A DNA stretch of 64,000 nt from Ptychomitrium polyphyllum (lineage: Eukaryota), in assembly GCA_973851085.1 (NCBI GenBank), contig OZ316776.1, forward strand, positions 8,122,001-8,186,000, in the 5' to 3' direction. Both the position numbers and the translations under genes were made by a program. Position 1 is the stretch's first letter. Each line of letters opens with the position of its first letter. Shown one piece after another: positions 39,057 to 50,579 of this stretch. The notes beneath the pieces are model-generated. The model saw only the letters and a list, made by a program, of their open reading frames with translations. It did no database searches and was not told the origin of the DNA.

Positions 39057-39331
39057 TGATCAGACATCCTCCGTGTGCTCCAATATCGGCCAGTCATGCA
39101 AAATCATCAGCTGATTTCTAATCCGCAGCAAACTTGACAACCTTAACATCAGATTTGAATTGGAGATGAAGAGATGAGTGCAAACATTTGAAGATGGTTT
39201 GTAGAACACTGGTCTGCAAGTCCTTGACACCCATGCTGAGAGGGAGGGATTGCAAGAGAGTGATTGAAGCAGAATACTCGACATGGTTTCACATAGATAC
39301 GTTCACAGAACATGTTAGATGGTCTAAATAT

Positions 39332-41879
39332 CTAAATCAGAAGATACACCGCAATTTGCCTGCTCTTTTCTTTTTTGTACTCATAAACGAGGATGCACAG
39401 CTTCATACAGCAACCAAGCAACTGAACCGGTATTAGGCGACGCGTACCCCGAGTCGATGAGATAACCTCGTTGAGACATTGCTGTACATCTTGTGTTCCA
39501 TCATCTTCGGGCACTCTTACGGCTATCTCTCGACCATCCGCAAGAATCCCTGTGAACACGGATGCCACAGATCCGCGTGCGAGCCTCTGCTTGGCACTGA
39601 AACCCTGTGTGGCACGATAAAGCTCCTCGAAGCTGAAAAATTGTTTGATATGGCTTGAGCCGTTTAACCGATCTTCTTCACTTGCCCATGCAGCTGCATA
39701 TCAATCGAAATCATCAAACTTATCGAACCAGTCAGCGTCAAAATCAATTCTTAAGCACGTCCAATTAGGTCACATACAAACTACAGAGATCAAGTTGGTG
39801 CCTCCCACTAGAGCTTCCATAGAGTCCAGAGGAGCTCTATCACCACTGCTCTGGAGTTTTCATCAACGCCTAAATAATGTTGCACCTCGTTCTGTTTATG
39901 CAGCTGCCCTTAGCCTAATTATACGTCCTTACATAATAAACTGAAAGTGTGCAGTATACTACTGGGCACCTTCAAATAAGCGGATGCTCTACCGTAAAAC
40001 AAGCACCCAAAAGTGGGGTTTGGAATAACGACATACTTACATGTTATTACATTTAAGCATTTCAGATGCTTTAGCTCTGCACAAATGTCATCAAATCGAG
40101 GGCGCTTGTCAGGCTCTGAGGTCCAGCATGCCTCAATCAGGAATCTCAATTTATCTGGACATTGATCAGGTAATTGTGGACGTGCACCATTCAAAACCTG
40201 TATCTTTACTTCGTGAGGACTCAAGGTTGGAAAAGGCAGATCTCCAGTCAAAATTTCAAAGCATACCATTCCAAAGCTATATACATCAACTTTGAATGGG
40301 TACTTCAACTCGCCATCAACGTTTGACACCTCAGCTTGGTCGTCCTCTTTCGCGGTTTTGATCATTTCCGGAGCCATCCATCTTGTGGTACCTTGATTTT
40401 GAGTTTGATTGCTATGTCATACTTTTCTCCTTAGTTTTCGACAGACCAAAATCCGCCACCTTAACTTGCACATAGTTGATTTCCACTTCTCTTGCCTTCA
40501 TTTGTTTCACCAAAATGTTACGACATTTGAGATCACTATGCACAATTCGACGCTTATGGAGGAAAAGCATCCCTTCAGCCACTTGTAGCATAATGTGGAT
40601 TGCTTCCATAATGCTGAAAGGAACATCATGAGTTCCACATTCCAATCTTTCTTGCATGAAAGAATAAAGATCTCCATCCATCAGCTCCATGATCATGTAA
40701 CATTTGCGCTCATCTCTTGTATGCCAATACAAGGACACAATGTTGGGATGACACAACCCTTCTAAGATCTTTACCTCCTGGTTGAACTCTGGGGCGCTTG
40801 GTCCATAAAAAGTCTTCCTGGCAACTTCGGCTCCCAGCCAGTTCACTTTGTGCACAACACCAAAAGTACCCCTCCCCAACACCCCCATTTGTTTCAGGCT
40901 GCTCAAGCTAATTTCAGGACAACTAGGTTGGTTAGATTTAAATGAGCTAGCACTCGGATGCAGGTTTTGGCTGCTCAGTCTTTCAATTAGAAATGTGGCC
41001 TGCTGCCGATCAGCACTACTTGCAGACATTGAGTAAATCCGAGCATTTTCAAACAACCTCAGGCGGTCCTGATTAAACTTCTCTTGGACGATTTTATCTT
41101 CAATTTCGCTTATACTAGCAGTTACTTCCTCAACTGACAAGGATGGTATTGCTCCAAATTCCAAGTTCTTGCTGAGAAAGACAATTATGAGAAACTCTAA
41201 ATCGAAACTTAATGACCAAGTGTACTCTGACATATTTGTCGCCATAATAGCAGATTGAATCCACTCATCTTTAGAACAATTCTGGACAAAATTCTCAACT
41301 TCCTTACCCAACGCAAAGAGCAGCTTGAAAATCTCAAGCGACAGTGCTCTGTCTTTATCTGAAGCAGATATGGTATACCACACGTTGATCGGCTCAAAGA
41401 AGGAGTGTGCGAACCGTACAGCTTCTTTTAATTTGTCGACCAGATACTTGCACTGCTCCTGGTTAAATTCTGGTGAAGTAGTAGCACCCAATGATACCAT
41501 TTTATCCGCTTGCTTCATACATTTTGTTGTGAGCTTTAAATATAGCTGGGGGTTTTCAGCTGGAGCAAGACAATAGAATCACCACGAGTTTCAGTACAAT
41601 GTGTCTTCATCTGAACGTTAATTGAGATTGCAAAGATTGGCATACGAAGCACAAAGATATAGATTCAAAATTATAGAGTCGAAAGAAGTAACGCTTAAAT
41701 ACTAAGTCTATAACAGCCGAGGGCCAACAGCTACAGATGCACTCACAACAAAGAAGAACTTATGCTAGAACAATATTTCAGTAACTGCCTGACATCTCGT
41801 TATCAAGTAGTGGAGGATTACCAGTGTCTTTTGTCTTGAATAAGCCGGACAGCTTAGTCCTTAAGGTGGTGAAGGCCAT
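39332..41879 (-). pseudogene. Helical N-domain + protein kinase + C-terminal kinase N-lobe fragment; exons 41879-41822, 41559-40041 and 39693-39332; frameshift near 40413
   Basis: Kinase motifs LGRGTFG, VARK, HSDLKCRN, DFG, (GTTRW)MAPE and DVYSFG are split over two frames. Two phase-1 GT-AG introns join the exons in frame. Probable 5'UTR intron 41912-42483. Confidence 0.82.
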
Positions 41880-42086
41880 GATTCTTGAAAGTGCCCACTA
41901 CTTGATCACTCCTGAAAACTAGAAAATGGCCATTAGTCTTTAATTTGAAGCTCTGAAAGTGGGGTAAAAGATACCGTATGAGCGCTTCGATCGCCAAAAA
42001 GCGTTATCAGCAAGAAGCTTCAAATGGCAAAGTGCAGGTGCGCTTGACATCCCATAATGCAGGCTCCCTGCAACTAGATTAGTTTC

Positions 42087-42156
42087 CTCCGTGAGTACTT
42101 AGCCGTTTTACTCCGTGAGTACTTAGCCGTTTTACTCCGTGAGTACTTAGCCGTTT
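42087..42156. repeat. 24-bp tandem repeat x2.9 (CTCCGTGAGTACTTAGCCGTTTTA)
   Basis: Perfect copies at 42087, 42111 and 42135. Confidence 0.95.
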
Positions 42157-45100
42157 CATTCTCTTGCCAACTACCGACAAAGCTTTGGATTTTCACTACA
42201 AGAGATCTACAGGCTGCTAGTTGCTTTAGTGGAGAAGGAATTCATGTTAAGAAAGCCATCTGGTGCATATGGTGCATAGAGCTAGCGATAGCTGTTATAA
42301 AATAGAACACGCTTCAAAACAGTTCTAAAGTTTGCCATGCAACGGTGGATGTTGGAATCAACACACGAGTAGAGTTTCTTCGTGATGTGATCAGTAAATA
42401 TGATAAAACACATAGCCTCATATCGTCTGATTTCTGTAAAGACAATAATCCGACACTACAATCATCAGCAGGTGAATACTTACAATATTCAGAAACCCAA
42501 GTTGAAGCTGAATCAAACCCAAGCGTTGTTGCACAAACGTTCTTGCCCCGGCGACATCGGATTCAAACGATCCGCCATCTCCGAAATCACACAACAATTC
42601 ACCACTTAATTTCATCTCCCAAGGAAACTAAACGTCTCCTTGTCGGTAAATGAACCCAAATGACCTACACCGTGAGCCTGTGGGCTCTCGCTCCATTCGC
42701 ATCAGCAATTAAACTGAAAATCAAGACATGTGACATCGAGAGATGAGTGCACAATTGAGAACAGCTTTAACCTGCCGATATGATTCCAACCACACCCAAC
42801 CAAGCATCAATGCTCTTATGACTCACAATGTTCAAACCAGAGTGAGGATGGCAACGACAACGAAAACCAGCATGGGTTGACATACAGACACTGCAGTTGG
42901 ACAGATGTGATATACTGGGCAGGACAGCGTGATGAAACGGACAGAACTTACAAGTAGCAGCAATGAATCTTCACTAATGGGATTATAGAATGTAGGATGG
43001 GCAAGTTCTATTTCTCTATTATTTTATTCAAAGTATTATGCATGCCATCCTGGTTGCATTGTCCGTCTGTCCATCCTCCGATGGTCTTCTGCACGTCCTT
43101 CGAGGGTCCATCCATCTCGTCCAAGTCTCGTTCTCCAACATGTCGTTGAGTTTTAGAGAGTGGCTTACGGTACTTTCGAGGGACATCTCAGAGCAGAGTA
43201 TGGTTGAGAGGTTCAGGTGCAGCCGACTAAGACCTGATTTCATGCAAGAGTGTGGTTAGAGTACCTCATAGTTGGAAGCTACTTGCAAGTCTTTGCTCCT
43301 TGGTGTTTTAGATTTACTGTGAGAGTGTCCTTCAGGTTTGCAAGGGTGCAACTAGGAAGTTCTGCATTGGGCTCGTGTCAATTACACTCATATAGAGAGA
43401 AATCCAATATGATTTTGGGTAACTCACTTGGTATGTACATGTCAAGGTTTTCATGGTATTGAGTTGTTGTAGAATAGAGGTTAGAATAAATTTGAAATAG
43501 CTCGCTTCCATTGTCATCATCTTAAATTTTCACTTGTTCTTATTTTAGTGCTTATTTTGGTGCTAGAACATTATGCAAACTCACCCTTCTTTATCGCCCA
43601 AGATTCTAATAGTTATTTTCTAATTTATTGAAAGAATATTCGAATTCTAAGTGAGTTGATAAAACAAGGGTGTAATCTTATCATGCTGAAATATATGCTT
43701 TAACCATGTGTACAAATGAAATGAAGTGAAGAAGTCTTCATTCAATCATATGAATTTATAAACTTAATCCTTCATTCCCATAGTTGGCAAAAGGTTAAGT
43801 TTATAAGTGAATATATTATTTCACAATTTTGTGTTAAATAATAATCTTTTAAAATATAGAACTTGAATGAAAAAGATTACAAAAATTTAAGCAAAATTTA
43901 TACCAAAAGAAACTTAGATTAGCTTATGTAATTTTCTTTTCATAACATACACATTTATAATATATCAAGTAAAAACATAACATTCTTCAAGAAATAAAGT
44001 AATTCATCTTCATCTTAAAAGGTAGGAAATCAACAATAAATGATAGTGAGGGCATGTAGCAAGGAATACATTAAAAAATGGGTTTAGTTTGATGATTCGG
44101 GACACAAATTCCTTCAATCTTTACTAGACCAAGGTAGTTCACATTCGAATTGTCCCATGGGGTGAGAGGGTCATTGAAGAATATTTGGATTCCCATGTTA
44201 CTTATTAGATGTGTTTCAGAGAAAAGAAAATTACTATCCAAGGTCCGTTTAGGCTTGACTTCTACTGTACCAGTGCATACAGTCTTCGTATAGCCGCAGA
44301 CTTACGGATGTACCCCTCTTCTGAACACTTTAGATGCAGCTAAGGTTAGTAACTGATTTAATGCGATCGTACAATTACAAAAAAACTTATTACCTGAGTT
44401 ACATCCTAATACCTCTTCTAATCCATATGATGATTCTGCAGGACTTGCGTATACCACTTCAATCAGTTGATCAACTGGAGCAAGTCCGTATAATACAAAT
44501 TGACGATACTACCGAGATACTCTTGATGTCATCTTCAATAAACCTTCACGACATCAACTAAGGATTCACAATATCAGCAAAAAGTCAATTAGGCAGCTCT
44601 GTATTGTGCATTCCCTTACATGCGATCCTCGTGCATCCTCTACAAAACCACAAAAAGTTCCAAGGTTCAATATTCAGCGACTCGTAAGTAGACTATGGAG
44701 GACCTCAATGCTATGGTGGTCATACCTACATTGTAGTGTACTATGATAGCGCATCAACCTTGTATACTCAATCCAGAGTCTAGGGCTAACATGTCTACCA
44801 AAGTCATATACTGTTCTAACTTAATAAAACACAAAGATGTAATATAAGAAAACTACAATTGAAAACAGACCGTCGACATAATACAGCAGACTCTCAACCC
44901 CAATTCAGCAGCCTCAGAAGCCCTCTAGATCGTTTGTACCCACTCCAGATGTTTCAGTTTATTCAACTAAGATAAGTTACAAAATATGAAATCTTTAACC
45001 TGCTTCATTCTAAAACATAAACTCGACATTCAGCCAGATTCAGAACCAGTCATTTAGCACGCGCTCTGCTCCTACGCAGTTCTGACGATCCTCGAATAAG

Positions 45101-45566
45101 AAGCCTCATAACAATAGGAACAGTAGTCCCAATGAATTTCTCGGTGGATAAAGGAAATGATCAAATCAAAGAGTCTAAACAGAAAATTTCAAGGCACAAC
45201 AGTCATTCTCTTTAGACAAAGCAAACAAACTAATAATTTCGTATAGGATATCTCATCCCGCAGTGTACAAAAACTAAATTACATCACACCATAAATTCTT
45301 AAATCACTCGAGATACTTGATCTGTGTCTACTATGACACGTGGTGTGTTGTGCACTATGCCTAGAGTACGTGCAACTCTTCCCTAGATTGCAAAAATTCC
45401 TGCCGACTGTTACTGAAATTTAGGAAATTAAAATACTTATCTCTCCCTGGGTATAGAAACGCTCACGAAACTTCATTAGGGGAGGATATATGTAGGACGT
45501 CAAAGCAAGTACAAATAGCATTAGGTGAAGCATTCTATTTACATACTTAACTACTGTTTTCCCTCC

Positions 45567-48436
45567 CTAGGCCATTTCTGTCACACTGTCAGCAGGTGAG
45601 GTTGTGGTGCTCACCCACACATCTTGCACAGAAGTAGGAGATGTTGGCCACACAGAGTCCTTCTTTATTAGCGGCTTTGCAGAGTCCTTGTTATCAAATG
45701 ACGACTCCGTCTCCAACTTCTTCGCTGCACGTGTTCCAAATCCAATCGTTTGTATTCGCTGCAACTCTGCTAGAACTTCTTTCATCGAGGGTCGGTCATC
45801 TTTCTCAGGTGCTAGACAACGGAAAGCAAGTTCAGCAACCTGCTCAACCATAATTTGTGCCTCAGGATAGAGTGGGAACAGACCCATCAAATCTGGGTCG
45901 ATGATCTCGAGTAAAGACCCAGAGTGAATTTTGGCCACAGCCAGAGATGCCAAATTGATCTCCTTGCGCTCCCGTGCCATATCAACCGCCTTCTTGGCGG
46001 TCACAAGCTCCATCAACACCACCCCGAAACTATACACGTCACTCTTATCAGAAAGATGATAAGACTCATGATAATCTGGATCAAGATAACCAGGAGTACC
46101 CTGTGGTGCAGTTGAGATATGGGTGTTTTCCATGTTTACGACCAACCTCGACAAACCAAAATCAGCAATTTTGGCCTTGAAGTCCTTGTCAAGCAGGATG
46201 TTAGTTGTCTTCACATCCCTATGGAATATGGGTGGGTCCACCAAAAAATGTAGGTACGCAAGTGCTTCCGCTGTTTGTATTGCAATTTCCAACCTTGTAT
46301 CCCAAGGAAAATCTGCTTTGTAGCCTCCATGCAGATGCATCGATATTGACCCGTTTGGTACGTACTCATAAACGAGAAGGGGCCGCTCCATACAGCAACC
46401 AAGTAACTGAACCAAGTGCGGGTGCCGCACCTTTGAGAGAACTTCAACCTCGTTAAGAAATTGCTGTATACCTTGGCTTCCACCTTGGTTCAGCTTCTTC
46501 ACAGCCACCATTCGTCCATCCGCAAGCTTCCCTCTATACACGGTCCCAAAACCTCCTCCTCCCAGCTCCTGCTTGGCACTGAAACCTTGTGTGGCATGAT
46601 CAAGCTCCTTGTAACTGAAAAGTTGTGTGAGATGGCCTGAACCATTTGACCGAATCTTTTCAAAAGCTTTCTTGTCACCATCATATTTCACCCCATCACC
46701 GGAGCCATACCGTGACCGTCGGCACCAGAACAGCATAATTAAAAGGAAAATTATAACCGCTGCAATGAAGACAGACACAACACCTGCCAAATTCTCACCA
46801 AGAATTATTATTCATTGTTATCCAGATAAATAATCAACACAAATTCAGTGCTGCTGACAGACCATACTATCCAAAAGAATACAACTATCTACAAACCGCT
46901 CCCAGTAATTTGAAGCCTCGTGATTATAAAAGCATCCAACACCTTACCAGTAACAAAGAGATCCATTCTGAATGCCAGCATTCTACTTGTGGCTTTGCTG
47001 ACATGCTACTTTCAACCTAAAACCCAAGGCCTAGGAAAAATTTCAACACGGTAAAGGATATCTAAAGAGATTGATGTAGGATGTTTCACCCAATACTCAC
47101 CGAAGATGATATACAATCTCCTCCTTTTATCGGTTCGATGGGGCGGTGCTGCTGCTGCTGCAGGTGATGAGGCGGGCACTGGAGAAGGTGCTCGTGGAAC
47201 AGTGAAATTCATAAATGACACCGCTGCACACCCAATATAAAACAGGCCCCCATTCAATTATAAATACAACAGAATACTGATACCCTCAGCCACAACATCA
47301 AAATCCGCGTGAAATAAGTCTTCCACTGAGTCAGAATGCTGATGTCAACAACCACAGCCTCTGAAATACTGATAAATCAGAATAATACCGACTGCAATAA
47401 ACAAACAGCTGCAGCACCAGAGTGTTTAAAATCCGAAGAGGCAACTGACTACTCGGCACTGCGTCAACTGTGATGATCATCAAAGATGCTAAAATCTCTA
47501 TTCCGAGACTAGTGTATCATGGCACAATTTCCGTTTCACTCAACCATGAGATTGTTATCTAAAAAGCTGAAGTCAGCAACTTGTTAATCGTCGAAATCAC
47601 CGCAAGTAGCAATTTGTTCGGAATCCGTCATGAGATCTGGAACAAAAGTGGCATCCACAACAACTCAAAATCGCTACTCTACCGGAGCAAGAAGAAAGCA
47701 CCTACTCAAAAGTGATGAACGTAGAGCACAGCAATCCATTACAATAAAAAAATTTAAAATCTCAACGCAGGGTTTCTGATAGAGTGAACATACTACTGTT
47801 CCCTGCAAACTGAAGCTTCAAAATTGTAGAGGCAGGTACAATGTTCGGGATTACTGGAGTCCTCTCCATAAGGTTGCAGGAGCTATATGCCGGATTCCTG
47901 TAATTGTTCGGCCCCATCTGACAGGCCCACCGGTCCCCCATTGAATCATACACACCCGCACCAGTGCTGTTACAGACATCGCCGGTAACATTCCCCGGAA
48001 GACGAGTACACAACGGCTGGATGTTCGTGGCGCAATCCAGAAGCAGTGTGCTGGTATTTGTGATAGTCAGTCCTCCAAACCTGCTTGCATCAAAGGGTCG
48101 GCAGGTAGCAGGCTGCCCTTGCGGTACCAGTGAGAGAGTTTGGTTCACATAATCTATACTCGTAACCTTGAACGTGTCAGTGGAATATGAGATATTTTCA
48201 ACGAAGTTGAGATATAATGTCGAATCATGGCACTCGAAGGTTATATTGGGGTATTTTGTATAGCATCGATTACTTAGGGCATCGTCCTTCAGAACAAATG
48301 GATACCTGATATCGATACCATTGACACCACATGGCCTCAATGGACAATATCCAGAGGGGCTTGCCGCATAGCATATCCTAGTAATGACATTGAACATGAG
48401 CAATGCACATGCGAACTTCAGACCACCCACAGCCAT
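45567..48436 (-). CDS. LRK10L/WAK-like receptor kinase (Cys-rich GUB_WAK-type ectodomain, TM, RD kinase); exons ~48436-47793, ~47223-47101, 46783-45567
   Basis: Signal peptide, CPLRPCGVNGIDIRYPF ectodomain, Pro/Ala stalk, TM, then LFSYKEL..AT, GGGGFGTVY, VAVKK, HRDVKTTN, DFG and STAPQGTPGYLDPDY. Phase-1 introns join in frame. Confidence 0.92.
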
Positions 48437-49398
48437 AATGACTTATGATCAACTCAATTCTCCAGCCCAGGCATGAGTTTCCACACGAATAAAATTAACA
48501 CTTCGTATGACAGCAGAAGGAAACAACCTACTTTCAATCTTTCACAGCAAAATTCGTTAACTAAAATTAACCGAACTATTAAAACCAATCCTACACAAAA
48601 TAGTCCTCTGATATGCCAAATCGAACGACTAGACCGGGAGAAAATTTCTCGAAACTAGTTCGATGCCCTATGTACATACCCCTCTAACTCCAGTAGCCCG
48701 TGTTTAGAGAACTGCACACGTGTGAACGCTAAAAACGCACCAAAGTGCGACTCATACAAGAGAACCCAGAAACTCCCACTCACATAAAAACCTCACATCA
48801 GACAAGGCGTAATTTAACAAAAAAAAACCCCATTCACCGTCACAAACATCACCTGTCGGTAACCAAAGGAACGTTCAGAAACCCCACTCCAGGACCCAAA
48901 GTGGAGTCAAAATCCAAACATACGAGGAAAAACAACCACAACAGAAACCTCGAACACTACTCAAAACCTCCCCACTCCAAAAAAAAATCACAAAACTAGA
49001 AACTAACCCAAAACACGAACTTTTAACCCAACCCTAGCAACCCAACGGTGTCAACCACCGAAAAAACAACCACCGACACAACACTAAACCCTGAAAGCTC
49101 ACCCCCTCCCCCTCCCCCTCCCCCTCCCCACCCAACCAGAACCCCAACAAAGCGTGACCTTCTCGTCTTGGCAAAACACACACCCCTTCCTCAGCAGAAC
49201 CGCTACAGCTCCCCTGACCCCGCCCTCGCGGCCTCCCTCTCCTCACTCATCATCGCCCTCACCAATCCTCTCGTGCAACGTCCATTCCTCCCTGCACGCC
49301 GCGCACAATCGCAGCCACCACATCCCCGCACACAACAATCTGCTGCACCATCGCCCTGCACCATCATCCCTCACTGCCGCGCTCCACCATCTCCATTC

Positions 49399-49410
49399 TC
49401 GTCGTCGTCG

Positions 49411-49442
<32 letters not shown>

Positions 49443-49445
49443 GTG
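49399..49445. repeat. (TCG)n/(TCCTCG)n microsatellite upstream of the receptor kinase
   Basis: Direct reading of the sequence. Confidence 0.85.
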
Positions 49446-50579
49446 GTAAGTTCTGTAAGTGATGTCGGCCAGTCAATGGTGAGGACGCTGACCCGCCGAG
49501 AGTCCGCCGAGAATCCGGATATCGTCGAAATGCGGAGCCTATCGTTGACTTTCGGGGATGCAGACGGCGGATGACCGTGAGCGCGGGTTGGATGTGGGCC
49601 CCGTCGGATGAGGTCTGGATGTCTATTGTATACGGTGTTCCCAAAACCGACGGTATCTACTAGAGTTGTACATTTAGGGCTCTAAGTCTTCGTTGGCATT
49701 TATGATGCGGACATGTATCAGGACAGTTTGTGTATGAGACGTGCACAAGGTTAATTGGAAGGCCATGTAGTTGTTACTTAGCTTTTGCACATGATGTTAT
49801 GTGTCATGGAATAAAGTTATTTTGTATGGTGGACCTTCTGAGTAATTAATTGAGTAGTTAGGTGTATTTTGAACATGTAGAACACATGTACTTGAACTTG
49901 TACTCTGAACACATTTTGTATTAGTTCGCCTGTGTGTTGAATTTGGTGAAGGTGGTTCGAGGTGCAGTGACGGTTGTTGGGTATCCATCCCTTCGGGAAT
50001 GAGGGGTGACTGCAAGCGAGTTATACGTGGGAAAAGTCAAGGACCACTGGCATTATATTAGTTGTGGGTCCCGCGTCCAACCACAAGCTACTCATCAATG
50101 GATTTTGGAGTTTGGGATGAAATGCTCCTTGGGCTTTTCTAAGCTTTTCCTAGTCTTCCTGCTTTGAAACTTTTTGGTCAGGTGTGGTATTGGCCTTCGC
50201 TTTTTGGATGCTTCCGTGAGGTCGTCATTTTCTTCTGTATTTGAGAGGATTCCGTGAGCAGTGACTCCAAGTCCCTTAGGGTTACACTGGGTCTGAAGGT
50301 TGCTTAGGTCATCAGTGAATCTCTGGTGTGCACATGAGAATTTTCTTTTTTTAACCTTGTGGATGAGAGCCTTTAAGGTGGGCTCTAGAAGGATTTTGTA
50401 TGCTCTATGAGAAATTTCTGACCCCATTGGTGTGGTTTAGTCAATGCATGAAGGCATGGATCTATTTGATAACACGTTGCAAGGAATTTTCTCAATCTTT
50501 AGCAGTACAAAGGTTTGGAAATGAAGCACCATGGAATCCAAAATAAATTGAATAACAATCAATGACTCTTAATGCACTA

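Noticed and set aside
42345..43520. ORFs of 62-102 aa between the two kinase genes
   Set aside because: No recognisable homology; part overlaps the probable 5'UTR exon of the fusion kinase.
49034..50427. Pro/Ser/Arg-rich ORFs and a 110-aa minus-strand ORF (50095-50427)
   Set aside because: The first group is driven by microsatellites in the receptor kinase 5' region; the 110-aa ORF has no recognisable domain or splice support.
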